64,000 nucleotides of DNA from contig JAXLQJ010000017.1 of the NCBI GenBank assembly GCA_046331705.1, positions 1 through 64,000 of the forward strand. Direction: 5' to 3'. The notes under the pieces are model-generated. The model had not been told where the DNA came from, did no database searches, and was given only the letters and a program-made list of their open reading frames with translations. The stretch comes from a bacterium. GTDB lineage: Bacteria; JADJOY01. The translations under genes and the position numbers were made by a program. Shown here one piece after another: positions 1 through 10,090 of the stretch (position 1 is the first letter of the stretch; each line of letters begins with the position of its first letter).

Positions 1-1184
1 AGGTAGTCCGCGAACAGCGTGAGCTTGGTCGCGAGCTCCTCGTGGTAGGCACCGGCCATCGCGAGCGCGCGAATGCCCTGGATGTCGCTGTGCATCTCGT
101 CGAGGTAGTCGGCGATCATCTCGTGGCGGTCGATGGTCTTGCCCATGGAACCGCGCTCCGAGGCGTAGTGCTTGGCGCAGCGGTACGCCGCCTCGCAGAG
201 CCCCAGCGACTCGAAACCCACGCCGAGCCGCGCGTTGTTCATGAGCGTGAGCATGTACTTGAAGCCCTCGCCGCGCTTGCCCACGAGCTGCGCGGGAGCA
301 CGCTCGAAATCGAGCGAGCAGGTCGCCGAGCCGTGGTGCCCGAGCTTCTCCTCGATGCGCCCGATCGTGACGATGCGCTTGCGGGTGCCGTCCGGCTGGT
401 CCTCGTAAGTGGGCACGAGGAACATCGAGAGCCCCGCGAGCCCCGCGAACGGATCGTCACTCGCCTTCGCCTTCTCGGTGCGGGCGATGACGAAGTGGTA
501 CTTCCCGTGACCCGAGGTGATGAAGATCTTCTGGCCGGTGACGAACCAGTTGCCGTCGGCGTCCTGCTCGCCGACCGCGCGCAGCGCCGCCATGTCGCTG
601 CCGGCGTCGGGCTCGGTGATGTCCATGGCGCCCCACGCCTCGCCGCGGATGATCTCGCCCATCTCCTTCGCCCAACGCGTGCTGGTGATCTTGCCGCCCG
701 CCACGTCGAACTGGGTGGTGCCTTCTTGCGCCGAGAACACCAGCATCGCCAGCGCGATGCCGCCGTGGAAGCTGTGGTGCGCCATCACCGACACGTCGGC
801 GCGCGCCATCATCTCGGCGTTGATGAAATAGATCATCGCGGGGGTGTTCTGGCCGCCCAGCTCGCGCGGGACGCACATGCCGTGAAGCTCGAGCTCACGC
901 AGCTTGGCGAAGATCGCTTGCTGCCGCTCGGCGAAGACACCCTCGCCGTTCTCCAGCCGCACGCCTTGCGCGTCGATCTCGGCGGCGGCCGGCGCCACCT
1001 CCTCGGCCACGAACGCGCCGACCAGCTCCAGGATGTCCTTGTAGAAGGCCACCGCTTCCTCGGCGTTCTTGAAGCCGTCCGGTGCTTTCCAGCCGTACTC
1101 GGTCGCTTCCACCAGCGGTGCCCAGTCGATGGCACGCTCGACGTAGAAACGCAGATCCTCGTTGTCGCGGTAGAAATTGCTCAT
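1..1184 (-). CDS. Acyl-CoA dehydrogenase family protein (3' end runs off the window)
   Basis: Manual translation from ATG 1184: MSNFYRDNEDLRFY..., ELHGMCVPRELGG, LMNNARLGVGFESLGLCEAAYRCAKHYASER. Absent from the ORF track because there is no stop in the window. ATGA overlap with the upstream TetR stop. Confidence 0.92.
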   Translation of the reverse strand, partial: MSNFYRDNEDLRFYVERAIDWAPLVEATEYGWKAPDGFKNAEEAVAFYKDILELVGAFVAEEVAPAAAEIDAQGVRLENGEGVFAERQQAIFAKLRELELHGMCVPRELGGQNTPAMIYFINAEMMARADVSVMAHHSFHGGIALAMLVFSAQEGTTQFDVAGGKITSTRWAKEMGEIIRGEAWGAMDITEPDAGSDMAALRAVGEQDADGNWFVTGQKIFITSGHGKYHFVIARTEKAKASDDPFAGLAGLSMFLVPTYEDQPDGTRKRIVTIGRIEEKLGHHGSATCSLDFERAPAQLVGKRGEGFKYMLTLMNNARLGVGFESLGLCEAAYRCAKHYASERGSMGKTIDRHEMIADYLDEMHSDIQGIRALAMAGAYHEELATKLTLFADY

Positions 1185-1951
1185 GACGGCCTCCGGGGCC
1201 GGGCCGATGCGGCTCCGGCGCGACGCGAGGGCTTGCGCCCAGCGCGGTTTGCGGTGTCGGTCGCCGGGACACGCGTCCTCGACGCCGTCTTGCGGGCGTG
1301 GGATTGGAAGAGCGAATCGTGGGCGACGCGGATCAGCTCGCGGACCAAGCGCTGGTCGGCGCCGGGACGCGGCGCGTCGCCGTCGACGACGCCTCCGAGC
1401 AGCTCGGTGGAAGCGATGCCGCTCACGATCAAGTTGGTCACCACCACGATGTACGCCTCGGGATCGACCTCGGTGCGCACCGCGCCGAGCTCCTGCCCCT
1501 TGCGCAGATACCGGGCGATCACGGCGATCCACGGCCGAAGCTGCGTGAGCAGCCGCTCGCGCATCTCCTGGGGGTGGTCGAGAAGCTCGCGCACCAGCAG
1601 CCGCGCTCGGTTCGGATCGGCGGTGAAGAAGCCCACCGCCTCGCGCACCACGGCCTCGAAGATCTGGTCGCCGGCGGTCGCCGCCATGAGGAGCCGCGGC
1701 AGCACGTCCGCCCAGCGGCTCAGGAGCGCGTCGAGAACCGCCTGACGCAGCTCCTCCTTGGACGGGAAGTGATAGAGCAGCGAGGGCTTGCGCACACCGA
1801 CGGCGTCGGCGATCTGCTGAAGCGGTGTGCCGTCGTAGCCTTGCGCGGCGAAGAGCCGGGTGGCTTCGTCGAGCAGCCGCGCGCGCACCTCCACCGGGCG
1901 CTCGGCGGCACCTCGTCCCAACCGGAGGGCGGTGTCGGCGGCTTCTCGCAT
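1181..1951 (-). CDS. TetR/AcrR family transcriptional regulator
   Basis: HTH LLDEATRLFAAQGYDGTPLQQIADAVGVRKPSLLYHFPSKEEL. Confidence 0.93.
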   Translation of the reverse strand: MREAADTALRLGRGAAERPVEVRARLLDEATRLFAAQGYDGTPLQQIADAVGVRKPSLLYHFPSKEELRQAVLDALLSRWADVLPRLLMAATAGDQIFEAVVREAVGFFTADPNRARLLVRELLDHPQEMRERLLTQLRPWIAVIARYLRKGQELGAVRTEVDPEAYIVVVTNLIVSGIASTELLGGVVDGDAPRPGADQRLVRELIRVAHDSLFQSHARKTASRTRVPATDTANRAGRKPSRRAGAASARPRRPS

Positions 1952-1972
1952 GTGGGCACGGTGCCGAGCGAC

Positions 1973-2030
1973 CTACCAAAGAGTCGCCAGCTATCTACCA
2001 AATGGTAGGCACTCCCCGCGCCATTGTCAA
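1973..2030 (-). promoter_or_regulatory. Sigma70 promoter (TTGACA-N17-TACCAT) overlapped by palindrome CTACCA-AA-TGGTAG, probable TetR operator
   Basis: -35 at 2030-2025, -10 at 2007-2002, palindrome 1995-2008, second half-site CTACCAAA at 1973-1980. Confidence 0.8.
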
Positions 2031-2138
2031 CGCGCCGCGTCACGCCCGTCGCGAAGCACCCGGGCCGCACGACGAGCGTCCCGAAGCCGCCGAGCCTCGC
2101 AGGCTGGCGCGGTGGCCGCCGTCCAACCGCTCGACGCT

Positions 2139-4256
2139 TCAGTCCGACGGCATCCGATCCAGCGCCGCCCGCACCCGCTGGGCCAGCTCGCGAGTCGTGA
2201 ACGGCTTGGTCACCAAGCGCCCTTCGAGCTCGTGGCCGCCTTCGGCCAGCGAGGGGTGCTCGGTGTGGCCGCTGGCGAAGAGCACGCGTAGACCGGGACG
2301 GATCGCCAGCGCCTGCGCCGCCACCTCGGGTCCGCTCATCTCGGGCATGACGACGTCGACCAGCAGCAGGTCGATGCGTCGGTCCCGCTCCTCGATCAGC
2401 GGGAGCGCTTCGGCGCCCGAGCTGGCCGCGACGACGATGTAGCCCAGCCCTTCGAGAAGCGCCTTCGTGACGATCCGCACCGCGGGCTCGTCCTCGACCA
2501 CCACGATCGTCTCGTCCGCGCGGGCCCGCGGCGGCTGGTCGGCGGAGACCGCGGCGACCGCGCGCGGCTCGGCCAACGGCAACAGCACCCAGAACGTGCT
2601 GCCGATGCCCACCTCGCTCTCCGCCCAGATCTGTCCCTCGTGGTCCCGCACGACGCCGTACGCCGTGGCGAGCCCGAGGCCGGTACCGGCACCGCTGGGC
2701 TTGGTGGTGAAGAACGGCTCGAAGACGCGGCGGAGCGTATCGGCGCCCATGCCGACGCCGGTATCGCGGACGCTGAGCGCGACGTGCCTGCCCGCGATCG
2801 ACTCGCTGGCGCTCGAGCGCAAGACGTGCTGGCTCGTGGCGTCGCGAAGCGTGAGCTCGATGGTGCCGCCGCGGGGAAGCGCGTCGCGCGCGTTGAGCAC
2901 GAGATTCATCACCACCTGCTCGAGCTGCCCCGGATCCCCTCGGGTCCAGAACGCTCCGGGCGCCAGGTTCGTGACCAGCTTCACGTCCTCCGGCACCACC
3001 CGCCGCAGCAACGACGTCACGGCCTCGACCAGCTCGCGAAGCTCCACGGATTGGCGCTGTGTCGGCTTGTGTCGCGAGAACGCCAACAGCTGTCGCGTCA
3101 GCGCCGCTGCACGTTCGGCGGCGCCCCGGGCACGCTCGATGTCCACCCGCACCGGGTGCTCGGGCTCGAGGCTGCCGAGCGCGAACTCGGCGCTCACCAG
3201 GATCGCCGTGAGCAGGTTGTTGAAGTCGTGCGCCACGCCACCGGCGAGCCGCCCGATGGCGTCCATCTTCTGCGCCTGCGCCAGCCGATCCTCGAGCTGC
3301 TTGCGCTCCGTCATGTCGATGGCCATGCCGGCCACGAAGCGCGCGCCGTCGGGACGCACGATGGGAAACCGGATCGTGAGCCAGCTCCGCGTCCCGTCTC
3401 GCCCGGGAATCAGCTCCTCCACGGTGGTGGGTCGGCCGTGGGTCAGCACCTCTTCGTCGTGCGCGCGCAACGCTTCGTGCACCGCCGGCGCGGCGTCCGG
3501 CCAGAGCTCGCGCGTGGTCTTGCCGCGCCAGTCGACCGTCGCCCTCCCCAGGATTCGCTCCACGTAGCTGCCGCTCACGTAGACGAGCCGTCCCTGCTCG
3601 TCCTTCATGAATCCGATCGCCGGGCTGTGCGTCATGAAGAGCGCGAAGAGCTCGCGGCTCTCGCGCAGCGCTTCGTTGGCGCGCGCCAGCTCCGCGGTGC
3701 GGCTCACGACCCTTCGCTCCAGCTCGTCGCGCAAGGCGCACAGCTCCTCGTCGGCGGCCTTGCGCTCGGCGATCTCCAGCGCCATCCGACGATTGACCGC
3801 CTCCAGGGCGTGCGTGCGCTCGCGCACGAGCTCCTCGAGATGGTCGCGATGACGCGCCAGCTCGCGCTCGGCGGCGTGCTTGTAGAGCGCAATCTCGATG
3901 TTCGCGCCGAGCTCGCGCTCCTGGAACGGCTTCACGAGGTAGCCGAAGGGTTTCACCCGGCTCGCGCGGGCCGTCAGGTCGTCGTCCGAGTAAGCCGTGA
4001 GAAAGACCACCGGCACGTCGCAGCGCGACCTAAGCCCTTCGGCAACGTCGATACCGCTCACGTCGTCGGCGAGGCGGATGTCCATGAGCACGAGATCCGG
4101 CTCGGCGCGCGCGATGACCTCGACGGCGTCGGCGCCGCGCGCGGCCCGGCCGCACACCACGTACCCCATGGCGCGGAGCCGATCCTCGAGCTCCATCGCC
4201 ACAAGCGCCTCGTCCTCGACGACGAAGATCCGCGCCGACGGGCGCGCCTCGCTCAT
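2139..4256 (-). CDS. Hybrid sensor kinase/response regulator (REC-coiled coil-PAS-HisKA-HATPase-REC)
   Basis: True start MSEARPSARIFVVEDE at 4256 (ATGA overlap); AGGVAHDFNNLL H-box, EPFFTTK, GTGLGLA, C-terminal receiver VVEDE...DVVMP...KPF. The longer ORF-track N-terminus overlaps the upstream kinase out of frame. Confidence 0.93.
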   Translation of the reverse strand: MSEARPSARIFVVEDEALVAMELEDRLRAMGYVVCGRAARGADAVEVIARAEPDLVLMDIRLADDVSGIDVAEGLRSRCDVPVVFLTAYSDDDLTARASRVKPFGYLVKPFQERELGANIEIALYKHAAERELARHRDHLEELVRERTHALEAVNRRMALEIAERKAADEELCALRDELERRVVSRTAELARANEALRESRELFALFMTHSPAIGFMKDEQGRLVYVSGSYVERILGRATVDWRGKTTRELWPDAAPAVHEALRAHDEEVLTHGRPTTVEELIPGRDGTRSWLTIRFPIVRPDGARFVAGMAIDMTERKQLEDRLAQAQKMDAIGRLAGGVAHDFNNLLTAILVSAEFALGSLEPEHPVRVDIERARGAAERAAALTRQLLAFSRHKPTQRQSVELRELVEAVTSLLRRVVPEDVKLVTNLAPGAFWTRGDPGQLEQVVMNLVLNARDALPRGGTIELTLRDATSQHVLRSSASESIAGRHVALSVRDTGVGMGADTLRRVFEPFFTTKPSGAGTGLGLATAYGVVRDHEGQIWAESEVGIGSTFWVLLPLAEPRAVAAVSADQPPRARADETIVVVEDEPAVRIVTKALLEGLGYIVVAASSGAEALPLIEERDRRIDLLLVDVVMPEMSGPEVAAQALAIRPGLRVLFASGHTEHPSLAEGGHELEGRLVTKPFTTRELAQRVRAALDRMPSD

Positions 4257-7200
4257 CCCGCCCTCGCCGGCTCGCGCGTCGCGACGCGGACGGTGGTCCC
4301 CGCCGGCGGGGTTCCCGGCCCCGGCGGGTACTCGACGGTGGCGTCGAGCTGCTCGGCCAGATTGCGCACGAGCTTCGTGCCGAAGCCGGTGCCGCGAGTG
4401 GGATCGAACGACGCCGGCAAGCCGATGCCGTCGTCCCACACGGAGACCAGGACCCGGTCGCGCTCGAGCGCCGCCTTCACCCCGATCCGCCCGGTCCGGC
4501 CCGCGGGGAACGCGTACTTGAACGCGTTGCTCACCAGCTCGCTCACGATCATGCCGAACGGTAGCGCCTTCTCGATCGGCAGCACCAGATCCTTCGCGTC
4601 CACCTCGAGCGCGATGCTGCGCTTGCGCGCGTCGTGGGAACGCGCGAGGTGATCCAGCAACGAGCGCAGGTAGTCGGCGAAGTCGATCGCCGAGAGCGTG
4701 CGCGATTGGTAGAGCTTCTCGTGCACCAGCGTGAGCGAGCGCAGCCGATCGCGAGCCTGCGCGAAGACCGCCCGGCTCTCGGGATCGGCGAGCTTCTTCG
4801 CCTCGAAGTGCAAGAGACTGGAGATCACCTGCAGATTGTTCTTGACGCGATGGTGGACCTCGCGCAGCAGCGTGTCCTTCTCGCGCAACGAGAGCCGCAG
4901 GTCCTCCTCGACCCGGCGCTGCGCCGCGCGCAACCGCTCCTGCTCGAGGCCGAGCAGGTAGCTGTCGCAAAGCGGCGCCGCGAACCGCCAGAGCGGCGTC
5001 AGCAAAGCGATGGTGGCGGCATCGTAACCGCGCGGTCGACTGCCGAGACCGACCAGGCCGATGGGGCGCTCGCCCACCACGATCGGGACGCCGAGGAACG
5101 CGCCGACCGGGGGGTGCCCTTCCGGCAGCCCGCCCGAGCGCGCGTCGTGGGCCGCATCGTCGACCACGATGGCTTCCCGGGACGAAAGCGCCGCGCCGAG
5201 CAGATTGTCGAGCGCATCGACGTCGAGAAATCCGTCCGCCGCGACTCGCCGCTCCGCCTCGTCGCGGAGCGCGCGCCCGACGCGTTCGTCCCATCCCACA
5301 CCCTGGTACGCGAGGATGCGCAGCTTCGGTCCCGGGAGCGCGACGCCGAAGAAGCCGTACTCGCTCTGCGAGATCGCGATCGCGTACGTCAGGAAGCGCA
5401 GCGTGGCCTCCCGCCAGTCGCCGTGCGCCAGATACGCGGCTTGCGACTCGGTCACCGCGAGCAGCATCTCGTTTTGCTGTCGGAGCTGCTGCTCGCCACG
5501 CCGCAGCATGCGGTTCATCACCTCCACAGCCTGGGTGCGCTGGCGCACGCGCTCGTCGAGCTCCTGGTTGAGCCGACGCAGATCCTCCTGGGCACGCTGC
5601 CGGGCGATGCCCGTCGCGAGGGTCTGCGCGACCCCCTCGATCGCTTGCAGCGTCGAGTCGACCAGCGGCTGGCGCGCGAACAGCGCGACGACGCCCAGGA
5701 GGCGACTCTCGACCACCAGCGGCAACCCCGCGAACGACACGATTCCCTCGCGCCGCGCCCATTCCTGGTCGCTCACCTGCGGATCGCCGATCACCTCGTT
5801 GGTGAGGTGCGCCGTCCGCGCTTGCGCGATCCAGCCGATCTTGAGCTGGCCCACCGGGATGCGGCCATGCGCGCCGTCCAGGTGAGTGTAGAGGCCGGCG
5901 CTGGCGCGCAGCACCAGCAGCGCCTCTGCGCCGTCCAGGGTCCACACCCGCGCGAGCGCCGCGTCGAGGTGCCGCACCATCGATTCCGCGCAGCGCTGGA
6001 GCACGCGTTGGAGCGGCAGATCCTCGTTGAGCGCGTCCCCCAGGTCCGCGAGCAGCTGCGCGTGGCGTGCGCGCAGCCCGATCTCGTCCATGAGCCGCTT
6101 GCGCTCCGTCAGGTCGAGGCGCGCGCCAGCGATCTGCGCCGGCGCGCCCGACTCGTCGCGGATCAGCGTCAGGTCGTCCTGAATCCAGCGCCACGAACCA
6201 TCCGCGGCGCGGAAACGGTATTCCTGCGTCTGCCGGGTCTCCTCAGCCACGCGACCGAGATCCGCGAGCACGCCCGCCACGTGATCGGGATGGATCCGGT
6301 CGAGCCAGAAGCGCGGCTCGGCGGTGACCTCCTCCGGTGCGTACCCGAGCTGCTTGCGCACGTTCTCGCTCACGTAGGTGGTGGCGAAGTCGCCATCGGG
6401 CCGGCAGGTGTAGAGCACGGTCGGGCTCGACTCGACGAGCAATCGCGAGCGCGCCTCGGCGCTGCGCAACGCCTCGTTGACGGACACCAGCTCGCGGGTG
6501 CGGTCCTCCACTCGCGCTTCCAGCTCGACGTTGAGGGCGCGCGCCTCGTGCTCGGCGCGTGCGCGTTGCGTGACGTCGTGAAAGCTCCACACCCGACCGA
6601 CGATCCGGGTCCCGAGCCGCTGCGGACGCGAGCTGCGCTCGAAGACCCGTCCGTCACGGAAGTCGATGACGTCGAAGCTCCCGATCTCGGGATGTGCGTA
6701 GAGCGACTCGACGCCGGCGCGAAAGCCCGCCGGGTCCACGAGCTGATCGAGCGCGAACGCGAGCAGCCGTTCATCGTCCTTGCTGGCGGCCACGTCTTCG
6801 GGGATGCGCCACATGCGCAGGAACTCGTCGTTCATGAAGCTCACGCGTCCCTCGCGGTCGACCACCAAGATCCCCTCGACCGTCGACTCGAGCGAGGCCT
6901 GCGAGAGCGAGAGCGAGCGGTCGAGGCGGTCGCGCAGCCGATGCTCGCGCAAGAACGCCAGACCGATCACGCTCGAGAGCCCGAAAGCGAGCGCGAGGTA
7001 GATCCGCACCAAGCGTGGATCCGCGTGCTTGGGCTCGAGAGCGCCGAACCACTTCTGGTAGAGGCCGTCGTAGGTCCCGTTGGCCTTGACCACCGCGAGG
7101 GCTTCGTTGATGCGAGCGAGAAGCTCGGGCTGGTCGCGGCGCACCGCAAAGCAGAACTTCTGCACGAATCCGTCGAGGGGCGGCCCCGTGGGCACGACGT

Positions 7201-7879
7201 TCGCTATGCTCGCATCGCGTAGGGTCTGCAATCCGACGAGCTTGCCGACCAGCAATGCGTCGTGGGTGCCGGTGGACAAGAGCCGCATGCCTCGAGCCGC
7301 CGACTCGACGGGAACGAGGAACGCCCCGAGCCCGCGCGCGACCGCCCAGCGGTGCGCCAGGTCGTCGCGCAGCACGATCACCGACTTGCCGACCAACTCG
7401 TCCGGCGACGCGATCGGGGGCTCGCCCTTCCGAACGAAGACCGCGCCGTGCATCGTCACGTGCGGCACCGAGAAGCCGGCGAACCGCGCTCGCTCCTCGG
7501 ATTGCGCCAGGTTGATGAGCACGTCGAGCCCACCCGCCTGGAACTCCGTCAGGATCTCGTGGAACGGCGCGACCCGGATCTCGGAGCGCACCCCCATCTC
7601 GCGCGCCACCGCGTGCCAGAGGTCCACGGTGAACCCCGACGCCTCGCCGCCCGGTTGACCGAACGCGAACGGCGGAAAATCGATCTCGCTGCCCACGCGC
7701 AGTGGCTCGGGCAGATCGCCCGCGACCCGTTGCGCCCGCGCCGACGCCGGACACCATCCGAGCGCGGCGACCAGCGCCAGCACGGCAACGGGTAACACGC
7801 CGCCGCCCGCGCCGACGCGAGCACGCGGGCACGTCCATCCACGGCGCGACCGCCTGACGAACGCTCGGTTCGGTTCCAC
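4253..7879 (-). CDS. Multi-sensor histidine kinase (periplasmic binding domain-TM-PAS-PAS-GAF-GAF-HisKA_2-HATPase)
   Basis: LRVGSEIDFPPF PBPb domain, TM helix, PAS folds, EVHHRVKNNLQVISSLL, ELVSNAFKYAF, DDGIG, GFG. The start may lie up to ~85 nt downstream of 7879. Confidence 0.92.
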   Translation of the reverse strand: MEPNRAFVRRSRRGWTCPRARVGAGGGVLPVAVLALVAALGWCPASARAQRVAGDLPEPLRVGSEIDFPPFAFGQPGGEASGFTVDLWHAVAREMGVRSEIRVAPFHEILTEFQAGGLDVLINLAQSEERARFAGFSVPHVTMHGAVFVRKGEPPIASPDELVGKSVIVLRDDLAHRWAVARGLGAFLVPVESAARGMRLLSTGTHDALLVGKLVGLQTLRDASIANVVPTGPPLDGFVQKFCFAVRRDQPELLARINEALAVVKANGTYDGLYQKWFGALEPKHADPRLVRIYLALAFGLSSVIGLAFLREHRLRDRLDRSLSLSQASLESTVEGILVVDREGRVSFMNDEFLRMWRIPEDVAASKDDERLLAFALDQLVDPAGFRAGVESLYAHPEIGSFDVIDFRDGRVFERSSRPQRLGTRIVGRVWSFHDVTQRARAEHEARALNVELEARVEDRTRELVSVNEALRSAEARSRLLVESSPTVLYTCRPDGDFATTYVSENVRKQLGYAPEEVTAEPRFWLDRIHPDHVAGVLADLGRVAEETRQTQEYRFRAADGSWRWIQDDLTLIRDESGAPAQIAGARLDLTERKRLMDEIGLRARHAQLLADLGDALNEDLPLQRVLQRCAESMVRHLDAALARVWTLDGAEALLVLRASAGLYTHLDGAHGRIPVGQLKIGWIAQARTAHLTNEVIGDPQVSDQEWARREGIVSFAGLPLVVESRLLGVVALFARQPLVDSTLQAIEGVAQTLATGIARQRAQEDLRRLNQELDERVRQRTQAVEVMNRMLRRGEQQLRQQNEMLLAVTESQAAYLAHGDWREATLRFLTYAIAISQSEYGFFGVALPGPKLRILAYQGVGWDERVGRALRDEAERRVAADGFLDVDALDNLLGAALSSREAIVVDDAAHDARSGGLPEGHPPVGAFLGVPIVVGERPIGLVGLGSRPRGYDAATIALLTPLWRFAAPLCDSYLLGLEQERLRAAQRRVEEDLRLSLREKDTLLREVHHRVKNNLQVISSLLHFEAKKLADPESRAVFAQARDRLRSLTLVHEKLYQSRTLSAIDFADYLRSLLDHLARSHDARKRSIALEVDAKDLVLPIEKALPFGMIVSELVSNAFKYAFPAGRTGRIGVKAALERDRVLVSVWDDGIGLPASFDPTRGTGFGTKLVRNLAEQLDATVEYPPGPGTPPAGTTVRVATREPARAG

Positions 7880-8232
7880 GAGTCTCCGCGTCGCAGATCG
7901 ACGGCGAGCTACGAGACGCGACGGGCGTCATCGATGACTTGCACGGCGGCCCGAACTCCCCGGGGGCCGTCGATGTTAGCAACCGTTTTCGTCGTGGAAC
8001 AGCGATGTTTGGCAACGAGGCTCGCGACGCACCGCCGCGAGCGACCTCGGGAGCGCGCGGCGCGCCGACGGCGGCGGCGGGTGCCAGCGTTTCGGACGAC
8101 CGAGCGGAATGTCGACCCACACGCGCGGCTTCCGCGTCCTCTCCCCGATCGCACCTCGGATCGCACGATCGGGTTGACCCTGCCCACCTGCGTTTTGTAC
8201 TGTCCCGCGCCGCGATTTCTTCGGGAGGCAAC

Positions 8233-10047
8233 ATGGGCATGGAAATGGGGTGGGGCGGCCGCTCGGGCGCGTCGGCACGGATCTTCGCTCGGTGGCTGGC
8301 GGCCGCGCTGCTGCTCGGCGCCACGCGGCCGGCGCACGGGTTCGACTACGACGTCGAGGGCTTCTTGCGCTTCGATGGGCATTTCCACGACGGCTTGCCG
8401 CTCTCGCCCGCGGGCCTGGCCAACCAGGAGGAATGGGTGGACATGCGACTCTCGGTCGCGCCGCGCCTCCACCTGACGGACGAGCTGATCGTGGCCGCGC
8501 GCGTCGAAGCCCTCGACGGGGTCGTGGCCGGCGATGGTCGGGACGAGCTCGACGTGCTCGCCGGGCTCGGCGATTCGGCGGGAAATCGGGGGCGAAGCGG
8601 CGACGAGCTCGAGTCGATCGAGCTCGACCGGGCCTGGCTCGAGTACACGCCCTCGTTCGGGCTCTTCCGCGTGGGCCGCCAGAGCGCCGATTGGGGTCTC
8701 GGCATCCTCGCCAACGGCGGCGGCGACCGCCTCGAGTGGGGGCTCGCCGGAAACGGGCCGGGGCGCGGCGACACCGTGGATCGCGCGGCGTTCACCACCG
8801 ATCTCTTCCAATGGCTCGGCTTCGCCCGCGACCACCTGCTCGTGGGCGCCGCCTACGACCGCGTCCACGAGGGCGACCCGTTGCTTCGCGCCGACGACGT
8901 GAGCCAGCTCGTGACCAGCGCGCTCTACACCAACGGCACCATCCGGCCTCGCGAGATCGGCACGCGCGAGGCGGGTTTCTATGCGATCTACGTGCTCAAT
9001 CACGATGCCCACGCCCAGCTCGGCGTGCTCGACTTCTACGGCCGGCTCGAGCTCGGCCCGGAGCGCTACAACCTCTTCGGCGAGATCGAAGGAGCGTGGA
9101 CGGTGGGCAGCGCCGACAGGCGCGGCTTCGTGTCGGACGCGTTGCTCGATCGCGCCGCGGCGGTCGCGGCCGGGAGCTTCGCCAGCACGTTCGAGAAGCG
9201 AGGGCTCGATCCCGAGACCGCGGCTGCGCGTGCGAGCTCGGTCGCGGCTCGCGGCACGGCCTCGGCCGACGAGCGAGCGGCGCTCACGCCCGACCTCGTC
9301 ACCAGCCTGGTCGATGCGGGCTGGTCGGAAACGGGCGCCAGCACCATCGCCGCGCGCATCACGGGCCAAGGCGTCGACTCGATCGCCCAGGACGAGATCA
9401 GCGCGCAAGCGCTCGGCGGCACGTTTCGCTCGGGCCTGCGCGTGGGGCCGGTGCGGCTCGGGCTGGAGGTCGGCGGCAGCAAGGCGCTGGCCGAGGACGA
9501 CGTCTCACCGCCGATGGTCGGGCCGTTCACCAGCGGTCGAAGCAGCGCCGCGGGCGCGGCGATCGCCGGGGTGCTCGAGGCGCGCCAGCTGGAGGCAGCG
9601 CTCGGCGGCAAGCGCGCATCGCTCTTCTCGTTCGACCGCGAGTACGATCCGGCGCTCATCCTATTCGAGGAGGTCGGGCCGATCGGCGCCGACGGCGATC
9701 CCACCGTCGCCAACGCCTTCTACGCGAAGCTCGCGGCGTCGTTCTCGCCGACCCCCGACGTCGACGTCTTCGGGCTCGCGATCTACGGCCAGCTCGCGCG
9801 GAAGGTGGAGCGCTTCCGGATCGATTGCGGTCCGCCCGCGGATTGCCGCGAGAACCTGGCGGCGAACGTCATCGACGCCGGTGCCGCCGACGAGCTGGGC
9901 GTCGAGATCGACGCCGGCGTCACCTACCGCATCGTCGAGCACCTGACCGCCGAGCTCCGGGGCGGGTATCTCTTCAGCGGCCACGCCTTCGGACCCGACG
10001 CCGAGGACGTGAAGGCGATCCGCCTCCAGATCGGCGTCGAATGGTGA
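8233..10047 (+). CDS. Putative outer-membrane beta-barrel protein
   Basis: GGAGG RBS before ATG 8233, signal peptide ending AHG, amphipathic strands (LDRAWLEY, FRVGRQ..WGLG, LGVEIDAGVTY), terminal Trp. Confidence 0.75.
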   Translation: MGMEMGWGGRSGASARIFARWLAAALLLGATRPAHGFDYDVEGFLRFDGHFHDGLPLSPAGLANQEEWVDMRLSVAPRLHLTDELIVAARVEALDGVVAGDGRDELDVLAGLGDSAGNRGRSGDELESIELDRAWLEYTPSFGLFRVGRQSADWGLGILANGGGDRLEWGLAGNGPGRGDTVDRAAFTTDLFQWLGFARDHLLVGAAYDRVHEGDPLLRADDVSQLVTSALYTNGTIRPREIGTREAGFYAIYVLNHDAHAQLGVLDFYGRLELGPERYNLFGEIEGAWTVGSADRRGFVSDALLDRAAAVAAGSFASTFEKRGLDPETAAARASSVAARGTASADERAALTPDLVTSLVDAGWSETGASTIAARITGQGVDSIAQDEISAQALGGTFRSGLRVGPVRLGLEVGGSKALAEDDVSPPMVGPFTSGRSSAAGAAIAGVLEARQLEAALGGKRASLFSFDREYDPALILFEEVGPIGADGDPTVANAFYAKLAASFSPTPDVDVFGLAIYGQLARKVERFRIDCGPPADCRENLAANVIDAGAADELGVEIDAGVTYRIVEHLTAELRGGYLFSGHAFGPDAEDVKAIRLQIGVEW

Positions 10048-10090
10048 GCGACAGCGCGCTGCATCGTGTGCCGCGCGCCCGCTCGCGCAC

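Noticed and set aside
42-1745. 567-aa plus-strand ORF
   Set aside because: In-register antisense shadow of the acyl-CoA dehydrogenase; typical of high-GC DNA
4257-6194. Long N-terminal extension making a 1351-aa kinase
   Set aside because: Arg/Ala/Pro-rich out-of-frame read of the upstream kinase; real start is ATG 4256
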